Positions 7,707-16,339 of a stretch of DNA of 37,535 bases are shown in pieces; position 1 is the first letter of the stretch, and every line of letters starts with the position of its first letter. Both the position numbers and the translations under genes were made by a program. The stretch is from IMG/VR virus record IMGVR_UViG_2681813154_000004, one strand, 5' to 3'. The notes under the pieces are model-generated. The model made no database searches. It was not told the DNA's origin and was given only the letters and a program-made list of their open reading frames with translations. Source of the stretch: a virus. Its lineage: Duplodnaviria; Heunggongvirae; Uroviricota; Caudoviricetes.

Positions 7707-8092
7707 AGCTGATCCTGCCTTTTCCGCCCAGCGTGAACACGTACTGGCGACACCCCAACAAAGGGGCGTTTGCTGGTAAGAGCCTGATAAGCGCGGCGGG
7801 GCGAAAATTCCAGAGCGCGGCGTGCGCAGCAATAGTTGAGCAGTTACGTCGTCTGCCGAAACCAACGTCGGCACCTGCTTCAGTGGAGATCGTGTTGTTT
7901 CCTCCGGATAACCGGATCCGCGATCTGGACAACTATAACAAGGCGCTGTTTGACGCCCTGACTCACGCTGGTGTGTGGGAAGACGACAGTCAGGTGAAAA
8001 GAATGCTGGTGGAGTGGGGACCGGTTATCCCGGAAGGGAAGGTCGAGATCACTATCAGTAAGTACGAGAAAACGGCGGGTGCAGCCGCCTGA
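7703..8092 (+). CDS. rusA: Holliday junction resolvase RusA
   Basis: LPFPPSVNTYWR and RDLDNYNKALFDALTHAGVWEDDSQV motifs typical of RusA. Confidence 0.9.
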   Translation: MKLILPFPPSVNTYWRHPNKGAFAGKSLISAAGRKFQSAACAAIVEQLRRLPKPTSAPASVEIVLFPPDNRIRDLDNYNKALFDALTHAGVWEDDSQVKRMLVEWGPVIPEGKVEITISKYEKTAGAAA

Positions 8093-8111
8093 TTAAGAGG
8101 AGAAACGAAGT

Positions 8112-8921
8112 ATGAATAATCTGATGGTCATTGATGGTATTGAAGTTCGTCGTGATGCTTATGGGCGTTACAGCCTGAACGATCTGCATCGCGCAGCAGT
8201 AGCATCTGGTGCAAATGCCAGAACCAAGGAGCCGGGAAAGTTTCTTTCCAGCCAACAAACTGTTGAGCTTGTTCATGAATTGACCAACACCCAGAATTTG
8301 GGTGTTGACCCGGTGAGTGTGATTCATGGGGGAAATGAACGGGGAACGTATGTCTGCAAGGAACTGGTGTATGCCTATGCAATGTGGATCAGCCCGTCAT
8401 TCCATCTGAAGGTGATCCGTACTTTCGATATGGTAACCAGCGCACCGGAAAAATTATCCGGACAGGCTGCTGACAAGATGCAGGCTGGCGTGATCCTGCT
8501 GGACTTTATGCGCCGGGAGTTAAACCTGTCTAACTCTTCAGTGCTTGGTGCCTGTCAGAAACTCCAGGAGGCTGTTGGCTTACCGAATCTGGCACCGCGC
8601 TATGCCATTGATGCTCCTGCTGACGCGCCTGATGGCTCAAGCCGCCCCACGCTGTCACTGAGTGCACTGCTGAAGCAGTATGGTATCCGCCTAACAGCTA
8701 ATCAGGCATATCACCAGATGGTGAAACTGGGGATCGTCGAGCAGCGCGAACGATACAGCCGTACCGCGATTAACAACATCAAAAAATTCTGGTCGCTGAC
8801 AGCGAAAGGCTGCATGTTCGGCAAGAACATCACCAGTCCCGCAAATCCGCGCGAGACGCAGCCGCACTTCTTCGAATCCCGATTCCCTGAGCTGTTAAAG
8901 CTGCTCGATACCGTTCATTGA
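8112..8921 (+). CDS. KilA-N domain protein
   Basis: N-terminal IDGIEVRRDAYGRYSLNDLHRAA... pattern; AGGAG RBS. Confidence 0.7.
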   Translation: MNNLMVIDGIEVRRDAYGRYSLNDLHRAAVASGANARTKEPGKFLSSQQTVELVHELTNTQNLGVDPVSVIHGGNERGTYVCKELVYAYAMWISPSFHLKVIRTFDMVTSAPEKLSGQAADKMQAGVILLDFMRRELNLSNSSVLGACQKLQEAVGLPNLAPRYAIDAPADAPDGSSRPTLSLSALLKQYGIRLTANQAYHQMVKLGIVEQRERYSRTAINNIKKFWSLTAKGCMFGKNITSPANPRETQPHFFESRFPELLKLLDTVH

Positions 8922-8922
8922 G

Positions 8923-9918
8923 GTGACCGTGAGAGCACTACTGACCCCTGAAATTGCCCCGCGTATGGGGATCGTATTGTTCAGACCAGGTTCAGAGCTG
9001 ATGCCCCTGTTTATGCAGGGGCGTGTCCTGCTGGAGCCTGAGCCGGAACGTTATTCATCTTTCGCCAGTGGTGCTGTTCCGGCGGCATCACAACCGCTGG
9101 CGGATGATCCTGCCGTTCGGGCCGTGTTCCGCAATGAGGCAGTGATCCGTCGTGCTGGTGGCGTGGAATGTCTTGAAAGCTGGTTACTTCGTGAAAAAGG
9201 CTGCCAGTGGCCTCATTCCGACTGGCACAGCGAGAACATGACCACAATGCGACACGCGCCGGGTGCAATCCGTCTGTGCTGGCACTGCGATAACCAGCTG
9301 CGCGATCAGTTCACGGAACGGCTGGAATCAATGGCAACGGATAACTGTGCCCGCTGGGTGTTGTCTGTTGTGCGTCGGGATCTCGGTTTTGATGACAGTC
9401 ACGTTGTGACAATGCCGGAACTGTGCTGGTGGCTGGTTCGTAATGACCTGGCGGGAGCCTTGCCGGAAAGTGCAGCCCGTAAGGCACTGAGATTACCGAA
9501 GCCTGTTGTGCCGTCTGTCACCCGGGAAAGTGACCTTGTTCCTTCGGTTCCTGCCACCAGCATCATCCAGGATAAAGTGAAAAAGGTGCTGGCGCTGAAA
9601 GTGGATCCGGAGTCGCCGGAGTCTTTTATGTTACGCCCAAAACGTCGCCGCTGGGTTAACGAAAAGTACACGCGCTGGGTTAAGACACAGCCGTGTGCAT
9701 GTTGTGGAAAGCCTGCTGATGATCCCCACCACCTGATAGGCCACGGTCAGGGCGGAATGGGTACAAAAGCGCATGACCTCTTTGTATTGCCTTTGTGCAG
9801 AAAGCATCACGACGAGCTGCATGCGGATACCGCGGCATTTGAAGAGAAGTATGGCTCCCAGCTGGAGTTGATATTTCGTTTTATCGATCGTGCGCTGGCA
9901 ACTGGCGTGCTGGCCTGA
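8923..9918 (+). CDS. Prophage protein with C-terminal Cys/His zinc-binding HNH-like motif (DUF968-like)
   Basis: [21 protein letters not shown]...[10 protein letters not shown] near the C-terminus; start codon uncertain (GTG at 8923 or 8929). Confidence 0.55.
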   Translation: MTVRALLTPEIAPRMGIVLFRPGSELMPLFMQGRVLLEPEPERYSSFASGAVPAASQPLADDPAVRAVFRNEAVIRRAGGVECLESWLLREKGCQWPHSDWHSENMTTMRHAPGAIRLCWHCDNQLRDQFTERLESMATDNCARWVLSVVRRDLGFDDSHVVTMPELCWWLVRNDLAGALPESAARKALRLPKPVVPSVTRESDLVPSVPATSIIQDKVKKVLALKVDPESPESFMLRPKRRRWVNEKYTRWVKTQPCACCGKPADDPHHLIGHGQGGMGTKAHDLFVLPLCRKHHDELHADTAAFEEKYGSQLELIFRFIDRALATGVLA

Positions 9919-9935
9919 TTTTGTGGAGAAAGTTG

Positions 9936-10313
9936 ATGCGTGATATTCAGATGGTTCTTGAGCGTTGGGGAGCGTGGGCGGCTAATAATCATGAAGATGT
10001 GACCTGGTCGTCCATTGCCGCCGGTTTTAAGGGATTAATTCCTTCAAAAGTAAAATCTCGCCCACAATGTTGTGACGATGACGCGATGATCATTTGCGGG
10101 TGCATGGCCCGTCTGAAAAAGAACAACAGCGATTTGCATGATTTATTGGTGGACTATTATGTCGGCGGCATGACTTTTATGGCGCTTGCACGTAAGCATG
10201 GGCGATCTGATTGTTGGGTTGGCAGGATGCTCCAGAAAGCTGAGGGCGTAGTGGAGGGTATGCTGATGGTGTTGGATCTCCGATTGGAGATGGATGCTGA
10301 TTGTTCGAAATAA
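9936..10313 (+). CDS. Late-gene antiterminator Q (QuuD-like)
   Basis: [33 protein letters not shown]...[17 protein letters not shown] matches the DLP12 Q family from memory; ATG at 9936 with GGAG RBS. Confidence 0.85.
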   Translation: MRDIQMVLERWGAWAANNHEDVTWSSIAAGFKGLIPSKVKSRPQCCDDDAMIICGCMARLKKNNSDLHDLLVDYYVGGMTFMALARKHGRSDCWVGRMLQKAEGVVEGMLMVLDLRLEMDADCSK

Positions 10314-10319
10314 TTAAAG

Positions 10320-10440
10320 GAAAAGTTGCTGTCTGATTGTCATTAGTCTAACATTTTAAATGTTGGAATCGCAACGTAGTTATTACCATATAACAGCTTG
10401 TTTCCTGATTTAGCCAGCCTCCCCAAAGGCTGGTTTTTTT
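10320..10440 (+). promoter_or_regulatory. Candidate late promoter/qut region ending in a tR'-like intrinsic terminator
   Basis: Hairpin CCAGCCT-CCCCAA-AGGCTGG plus T7 at about 10412-10440; possible -35/-10 TTGCTG (10326-10331) and TAACAT (10349-10354), weak. Confidence 0.5.
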
Positions 10441-10468
10441 CTAATAAGTATTATTTCGGGTAGGGATT

Positions 10469-10993
10469 TTATTGTTTAACCCATAATAATTCATTGACAT
10501 TGAATCCCAACTTTTGAGCGGTTCGCACATAGTCTGCTTTTACTTTATCTGGAATAGTTGGGGTCCTTGCCAGAATCCATAGGTATTCTCTGTTCGGACC
10601 ACTGACAAGAGCATACTTATACTCATCATCCAGTTTGATTACATTATAGCCACCATAGAAGGGGCCAAAAAACGAAACCTTCAATGCTGCAGTTTTAGTA
10701 TCTCCAGTAAAGTATGCTTTACCTTCGCTCTCGCTCCATTTATTTTTCGTTGGATCGTATCCACGGTTAAGTACACGAATCCCTCCGTCGTTCCGTTTTC
10801 CATAAGTAGCGCTGACCTGTTCCAGATCACGTTCGAACCGGTTCTCGAGGCGAGCTATTTCATACCATTTTCCGAGGTAGCGGTTGGCGTCAAAATTTGT
10901 AATCGGCTGCACACCTTTAGGTGGTGTCGGGGCCTTACATGCTATAAGAGTGAAAGAGAGTGCAATGCCAGTCAACACAGGCCATAACTTCAT
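10469..10993 (-). CDS. blc: Outer-membrane lipocalin lipoprotein, Blc-like
   Basis: Signal peptide plus lipobox (LIAC), YLGKWYEIARLENRFE and FFGPFYGGYNVI lipocalin motifs; divergent from E. coli Blc. Confidence 0.85.
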   Translation of the reverse strand: MKLWPVLTGIALSFTLIACKAPTPPKGVQPITNFDANRYLGKWYEIARLENRFERDLEQVSATYGKRNDGGIRVLNRGYDPTKNKWSESEGKAYFTGDTKTAALKVSFFGPFYGGYNVIKLDDEYKYALVSGPNREYLWILARTPTIPDKVKADYVRTAQKLGFNVNELLWVKQ

Positions 10994-11185
10994 AATAAAT
11001 CCTGTACTTTTGATAGTTGAGAGTAAGTATGAAAGATAGATGATTACGACCGATCACTTAAAGAACTTTCATACTATATTAGGAATAGTCCATAACAGAA
11101 AAATTGTCAGTGATGACGCCAGAAAGGCAATTTATTCCGTGCACTACACAGTTTATGTGTTAATGAATTAGTCAAGGGGGAGAAT

Positions 11186-12145
11186 ATGATAAAAAAACCT
11201 GTGATTGGAATCAGCGGTTGTTTGGCCGGTTCTGCTGTTCGTTTTGATGGTGGTCACAAAAGAGCTGACTTTTTAATGGACAAATTAGTGGAATGGGTAA
11301 CATTCAGACCAGTATGTCCGGAAATGGCTATAGGGCTGCCAGTTCCGCGTCCTGCTCTACGTCTTGTGCGCTCGACGCAAGGAAATATACGGATGTGTTT
11401 CAGCCACGACCAGAATGAGGATGTGACAGAGAGAATGACAGAGTTTAGTCGTTCTTATATGGACAAATTAAAGGATGTATCGGGGTTTGTGGTTTGTGCT
11501 AAATCTCCCAGCTGTGGCATGGAGCGCGTGCGTGTCTATGATGAAAATGGTAATCGAGGTCGTAAAGATGGAGTGGGACTATTTACGAGTACTTTGATGG
11601 AAAAGTTTTCCTGGCTACCGGTTGAAGAGGATGGGCGATTACATGATCCAGTGCTTCGTGAGAATTTTGTTGAAAGAGTTTTTGCTTTGCATGAGCTCAA
11701 TCACCTTTACAAGGAGAAATTATCAAGAAGAGAGTTATTAGCTTTTCATAGTCGTTATAAGCTTCAGTTGTTGGCGCATAGTCAGGCAGGCTATAAAGAT
11801 ATGGGACCATTTGTGGCTGCAATACACGAGTGGGCGGACCTTGAATCATACTTTGAGGTGTATCGTGATAAGCTGATGGCGATTCTCAGAAAACCTGCAT
11901 CACGTAAAAATCACACGAATGTGCTGATGCATATACAGGGGTATTTTAGTAACTACTTAAGTACACGCCAGCGTAAAGAGTTGAGCGAGGTTATACTTAA
12001 CTATCGTTCTGGCACATTACCTCTTCTTGCGCCGTTGACTCTGCTGAAGCATTATCTGGGTGAGTATCCTAATGATTACTTGCTTACACAGAATTACTTC
12101 GATCCCTATCCGGACGAACTGGCTCTAAGACTGATGGTAAATTAA
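11186..12145 (+). CDS. YbgA-like protein (DUF523/DUF1722 family)
   Basis: IGISGCLAGSAVRFDGGHK...PVCPE N-terminal motif typical of the family; strong GGGGGAG RBS. Confidence 0.7.
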   Translation: MIKKPVIGISGCLAGSAVRFDGGHKRADFLMDKLVEWVTFRPVCPEMAIGLPVPRPALRLVRSTQGNIRMCFSHDQNEDVTERMTEFSRSYMDKLKDVSGFVVCAKSPSCGMERVRVYDENGNRGRKDGVGLFTSTLMEKFSWLPVEEDGRLHDPVLRENFVERVFALHELNHLYKEKLSRRELLAFHSRYKLQLLAHSQAGYKDMGPFVAAIHEWADLESYFEVYRDKLMAILRKPASRKNHTNVLMHIQGYFSNYLSTRQRKELSEVILNYRSGTLPLLAPLTLLKHYLGEYPNDYLLTQNYFDPYPDELALRLMVN

Positions 12146-12496
12146 TTGTATGCGATATCATCCAAAAGGATGAGTTCCTGCATGCAGGATATTTACAATC
12201 GTAAAAACTACACTATGATACCCAGAGTGTCAGTTTGTATAAAAACTCTGTTTACGCTGAAGAAACAATTGAGATGCAACTTAAAGTTGGTAAACATGCC
12301 AGTCAAAATATATAATATTATGATTCCACGCAGCTATATATAATATAACAGATTGGTTTAATAATTTGTCTTTGTGAGTTAAATACATAATTTTATACTT
12401 GTGATGCAATGAAATTTTCCTTATTGTTGAACTTGCGAATATTGATTTTCCACCTATACTTACCTGGTGTAACCCCAATGATATCAGGTGGATAAT

Positions 12497-13228
12497 ATGC
12501 CATACATATGTTCTATCATTTTGGTGTTGAACTCGTTTGATGTCCGAATTGGTAAAGAAGATATTTTGTTTAAAAAAGGAAGTGCTGTTCTCATTGATTA
12601 CAATTTAAAAGATTTTTTTTCATCAAATATAGATCATGTAATGATCGTAGATGTTGAAGAGAAAACAGTTAATGATTTCTTTAAAAGCAACACACTCTCA
12701 CCTTTTTCTGTAAGAAGGTTTTATCCGGCATACTTGATGGTGGAATGTGAAGATTTTTCATTGTTAAAGAACTTGATTGCATGCTTGAATTGTGATGGCA
12801 GAACTGTGGATTTTGTTAGAAATCAAATATCACTTGCATGTCTTGCTATCTTATCTTCAGAGAAAATAGTGCAAAGTTTTTTATTTGGATGTCTTAATAG
12901 TTTAGGAAGTAAAGTTAAGGCTATTATTCACACGGATATATCTGCAGCATGGAGACTTTGTGATATATCTTCAAGACTGTATCTGAGTGAAAGTCTGTTA
13001 AAAAGAAAATTAAAGCACGAAGGCTTATCATTTAGTAAGTTAATTCTTGAAGAGCGAATGGTGATGGCGGAAAGGTTATTAAGCTACAATTTATATTCTG
13101 TTGGAAAAGTTGCTGAGATATGCGGTTATGAAAACACGTCATATTTTGTGAGTGTTTTCAGAAGATATTTTGGTGTTCCTCCCCATCAATATTCATCAAG
13201 ATTTTTTTTAGAAAAAGACATGATGTAA
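12497..13228 (+). CDS. AraC/XylS-family transcriptional regulator, AppY-like
   Basis: C-terminal AraC HTH (VGKVAEICGYENTSYFVSVFRRYFGVPPHQY); very AT-rich gene with AT-rich upstream region; ATG at 12497 after GGTG. Confidence 0.8.
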   Translation: MPYICSIILVLNSFDVRIGKEDILFKKGSAVLIDYNLKDFFSSNIDHVMIVDVEEKTVNDFFKSNTLSPFSVRRFYPAYLMVECEDFSLLKNLIACLNCDGRTVDFVRNQISLACLAILSSEKIVQSFLFGCLNSLGSKVKAIIHTDISAAWRLCDISSRLYLSESLLKRKLKHEGLSFSKLILEERMVMAERLLSYNLYSVGKVAEICGYENTSYFVSVFRRYFGVPPHQYSSRFFLEKDMM

Positions 13229-13289
13229 CGTGATGCGTTTTAATGATTTTGTAATTTTCGTATTTGATAATTGTATGATGCTTTCAGCT

Positions 13290-13320
13290 ACGCCAGAATA
13301 ATCGCTGGCGTTTTTCTTTT
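13290..13320 (+). terminator. Intrinsic terminator after the AraC-like gene
   Basis: ACGCCAG-AATAATCG-CTGGCGT followed by TTTTTCTTTT. Confidence 0.6.
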
Positions 13321-13416
13321 TGAATAGATGTTCAAGCCTTACGCTAATGTAACTTCTATACCTTTCCTCTTCGTTCCGAACCGTGTACACCATCCGTTAT
13401 TTGCGGAGGTGAGGCT

Positions 13417-13632
13417 ATGAAATCTATGGATAAGTTAACAACGGGCATTGCCTACGGCACCTCCGCAGGCAGTGCTGGCTACTGGTTTTTACAGCTGCTC
13501 GATAAAGTCACGCCCTCACAGTGGGCAGCAATAGGTGTGCTGGGTAGCCTGGTATTTGGCCTGCTGACGTACCTGACAAACCTTTATTTCAAGATTAAAG
13601 AAGATAAGCGCAAGGCTGCGAGAGGTGAATAA
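13417..13632 (+). CDS. Pinholin, phage 21 S21-like, dual-start (MKSM)
   Basis: 71 aa; [26 protein letters not shown]...; GGAGGTGAGG RBS. Confidence 0.85.
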   Translation: MKSMDKLTTGIAYGTSAGSAGYWFLQLLDKVTPSQWAAIGVLGSLVFGLLTYLTNLYFKIKEDKRKAARGE

Positions 13633-14129
13633 TGCCTCCATCATTACGAAAAGCCGTTGCTGCGGCTATTGGTGGCGGGGCTATTGCTATAGCATCTGTG
13701 TTAATCACTGGCCCAAGTGGTAACGATGGTCTGGAAGGCGTCAGCTACATACCATATAAAGATATCGTTGGTGTATGGACTGTATGTTACGGGCATACCG
13801 GAAAAGACATTATGCTCGGTAAAACGTATACCGAAGCAGAATGCAAAGCCCTCCTGAATAAAGACCTTGCCACTGTCGCCAGACAAATTAACCCGTACAT
13901 CAAAGTCGATATACCGGAAACAACGCGCGGCGCTCTTTACTCGTTCGTTTACAACGTTGGTGCTGGAAATTTCAGAACATCGACACTTCTTCGCAAAATA
14001 AACCAGGGCGATATCAAAGGCGCATGTGATCAGCTACGGCGCTGGACATACGCTGGCGGTAAGCAATGGAAAGGGCTGATGACTCGCCGTGAGATTGAGC
14101 GTGAAGTCTGTTTGTGGGGGCAACAATGA
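13632..14129 (+). CDS. SAR endolysin (lysozyme, GH24) with N-terminal signal-anchor-release domain
   Basis: Gly/Ala-rich weakly hydrophobic N-terminus followed by E...D...T catalytic residues ([21 protein letters not shown]). Confidence 0.85.
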   Translation: MPPSLRKAVAAAIGGGAIAIASVLITGPSGNDGLEGVSYIPYKDIVGVWTVCYGHTGKDIMLGKTYTEAECKALLNKDLATVARQINPYIKVDIPETTRGALYSFVYNVGAGNFRTSTLLRKINQGDIKGACDQLRRWTYAGGKQWKGLMTRREIEREVCLWGQQ

Positions 14130-14569
14130 GTAGAGTAACCGCGATTATCTCCGCTCTGGTTATCAGCATCATCGTCTGCCTGTCATGGGCTGTTAATCAT
14201 TACCGTGATAACGCCATGACCTACAAAGAACAGCGCGACAAAGCCACATCCATCATCGCTGACATGCAGAAGCGTCAACATGATGTAGCTGAACTCGACG
14301 CCAGATACACAAAGGAGCTTGCTGATGCTAACGCGACTATCGAAAGTCTTCGTGCTGATGTTTCTGCTGGTCGTAAGTGGCTGCACGTCAAAGCAGTCTG
14401 TCCGGACAAGCATAAAACCACCGCCGCCTCCGGCGTGGATGATGCTTCCAGCCCCAGACTTACTGACACCGCTCAACGGGATTATTTCGTTCTCAGAGAG
14501 CGCATCGAAACCATAACTAACCAATTGAATGGCCTGCAAGAATATGTGAGATCACAGTGTTCATATTAG
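14126..14569 (+). CDS. Rz i-spanin
   Basis: N-terminal TM segment then coiled-coil; ATG overlaps the endolysin stop (ATGA). Confidence 0.8.
   Translation: MSRVTAIISALVISIIVCLSWAVNHYRDNAMTYKEQRDKATSIIADMQKRQHDVAELDARYTKELADANATIESLRADVSAGRKWLHVKAVCPDKHKTTAASGVDDASSPRLTDTAQRDYFVLRERIETITNQLNGLQEYVRSQCSY
14325..14516 (+). CDS. Rz1 o-spanin lipoprotein, embedded in Rz in another frame
   Basis: Lipobox LVVSGC, proline-rich [18 protein letters not shown] 7 nt before the ATG at 14325. Confidence 0.8.
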   Translation: MLTRLSKVFVLMFLLVVSGCTSKQSVRTSIKPPPPPAWMMLPAPDLLTPLNGIISFSESASKP

Positions 14570-14607
14570 AAAAGTCTTATCATAAGATTTTTGTATATGG
14601 ATGCATT

Positions 14608-14982
14608 ATGTCTCAATACGCTCACGTTGCTTTAATCGCTTATCATTTGGTGGCTGATAGCTCAATGACTCCTCGTGATGCATGGGATGCAGCTATCGCA
14701 GAGGTTACAGAAAGCGAATCGTCAAGAAAGAAGATATGCCCAAGGGCAACATTTCTCGCCCTGGCGGATAGCGGTTACCTGAAGAATGTAAAACCACTGC
14801 ATGGGGAGAAAAAAGGCGGTAAGTTGTACCAAAGGGCAATTGAAGTTGCGAATCTGATTCTTGATTTACCCGGAATCAGTAAAGCTGAATTGGTTGATAA
14901 AACTGGTTACAAAGACAGGCAAGGGTCTTATGACCTGATTCTCGCTCTGTATCATCATGAGCAACTCCAGCGATCGGAATAA
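14608..14982 (+). CDS. Hypothetical protein (125 aa)
   Basis: ORF 14557..14982; most likely start is the ATG at 14608 (MSQYAHVALIAYH...); no family recognised. Confidence 0.5.
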   Translation: MSQYAHVALIAYHLVADSSMTPRDAWDAAIAEVTESESSRKKICPRATFLALADSGYLKNVKPLHGEKKGGKLYQRAIEVANLILDLPGISKAELVDKTGYKDRQGSYDLILALYHHEQLQRSE

Positions 14983-15099
14983 TTATCCCAGCATCAGTGT
15001 CAAAAATAGGCAGTGATACGCTATTTTCCTGAAAATACTTTACTAACATTTTATGAGAATTATCCTAGTAATGTGTTTATTTAAAAGGAGTTTGGGTTT

Positions 15100-15303
15100 A
15101 TGAAAATTCTCTGGGTCATCAGTCTTTTGTGTAGTGCTATTGGATTTATTGAAGGAATCCTCGGGGTTTTCGGTGCTCAGAGTGCTCCACAACAGGCTGC
15201 AGGTGCAGCAATGGGAGTAGCATGGGCAGTTATTCCATATTGTATTTGTCGTGCTATCCAACAATTGCGCCCTCGAGAAGTCATTATTAAAAAGGAAGAA
15301 TGA
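15100..15303 (+). CDS. Small membrane protein (67 aa), moron-like unit
   Basis: AAGGAG RBS, two hydrophobic segments, AT-rich upstream region and its own downstream terminator. Confidence 0.55.
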   Translation: MKILWVISLLCSAIGFIEGILGVFGAQSAPQQAAGAAMGVAWAVIPYCICRAIQQLRPREVIIKKEE

Positions 15304-15334
15304 CCAGATCTTATCCGGTGTTTTTTCTGTCTAA

Positions 15335-15359
15335 GCCTCGCGTCGCGGGGCTTTTTATT
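15335..15359 (+). terminator. Intrinsic terminator after the small membrane protein gene
   Basis: GCCTCG-CGTCG-CGGGGC followed by TTTTTATT. Confidence 0.5.
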
Positions 15360-15368
15360 GGAGCCAGC

Positions 15369-15719
15369 ATGCCACCACGAACCCCAAAAGCCTGCCGTGT
15401 TCGCGGCTGCCGCCATACCACAACTGACCCGTCAGGCTATTGCGAAAGCCACAAAAGTGAAGGCTGGAAGCAATACAAGCCGGGCCAGTCCAGACACCAG
15501 CGCGGTTATGGTTCGAAATGGGATGTTATCCGTGAACGTGTGCTCAAGCGTGACAAAGGACTGTGTCAGTTATGTCTGCGTGGTGGTGTGGTACGTGAGG
15601 CGAAAACCGTTGACCACATCATCCCTAAAGCGCATGGCGGCACTGATGCCGACAGCAATCTGCAGAGCCTGTGCTGGCCGTGTCATAAGGCGAAGACGGC
15701 CCGTGAACGGTTGAAGTAA
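15369..15719 (+). CDS. HNH endonuclease (terminase-associated)
   Basis: Cys/His motifs CRVRGCRH...CQLC...VDHIIPKAHGG...CWPCH; ATG at 15369 after GGAG; directly upstream of terS. Confidence 0.85.
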   Translation: MPPRTPKACRVRGCRHTTTDPSGYCESHKSEGWKQYKPGQSRHQRGYGSKWDVIRERVLKRDKGLCQLCLRGGVVREAKTVDHIIPKAHGGTDADSNLQSLCWPCHKAKTARERLK

Positions 15720-15844
15720 GAACCAGTTCCCACTGCCAGAGGGGAGGGGCGGGTCAAATCCCTGTGACCTGACGTCTTCCGGACTGCCCGCCCCGTCGTT
15801 TTTTTATACCCGCGAAAAATGAAATTTAACCAGGAGTGCCGCAT
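15720..15844 (+). other. Candidate cos / packaging-initiation region
   Basis: GC-rich inverted repeat GGGGCGGG (15746-15753) / CCCGCCCC (15787-15794) followed by TTTTTTTA, between HNH and terS. Confidence 0.35.
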
Positions 15845-16339
15845 ATGGCTGGAACGGCGGGGCGTTCCGGGCGTCGCCCCAAGCCAACGGCGCGCAAGGC
15901 GCTGGCCGGAAACCCCGGCAAGCGAGCCCTGAACAAAGATGAACCTGTTTTTACGCCCATCAAAGGTGTTGAGCCACCGGAGTGGTTCGCAGAAGAAGAT
16001 CTCCCTCTCGCCACGATCATGTGGCAACTGACAACCAAAGAACTCTGCGGTCAGGGCCTGCTGTGCGTGACTGACCTTGCGGTACTTGAGCGGTGGTGCG
16101 TGGCCTATGAGTTCTGGCGACGTGCCGTGAAAAATATTGCCAGACAGGGCAACACCATCACCGGTGCAATGGGTGGCATGGTTAAAAATCCGGAGCTGAC
16201 CGCCAAGAAAGAACAGGAGTCCGAGATGAGCAGCACGGGGGCAATGCTCGGACTCGACCCCAGCAGCCGCCAGCGTCTGATTGGCCTGGCGGGGCAGAAG
16301 AAAGCCACTAACCCGTTTCTGAAAATCATCGAATCATGA
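15845..16339 (+). CDS. Terminase small subunit (P27/HK97-like)
   Basis: ATG at 15845 after GGAG; position before terL; recognised from sequence. Confidence 0.8.
   Translation: MAGTAGRSGRRPKPTARKALAGNPGKRALNKDEPVFTPIKGVEPPEWFAEEDLPLATIMWQLTTKELCGQGLLCVTDLAVLERWCVAYEFWRRAVKNIARQGNTITGAMGGMVKNPELTAKKEQESEMSSTGAMLGLDPSSRQRLIGLAGQKKATNPFLKIIES

Noticed and set aside
12146-12478. Two 65-aa ORFs in the AT-rich spacer upstream of the AraC-like gene.
   Set aside because: No RBS, mutually overlapping on opposite strands, composition typical of AT-rich intergenic DNA; more likely promoter or curved DNA.
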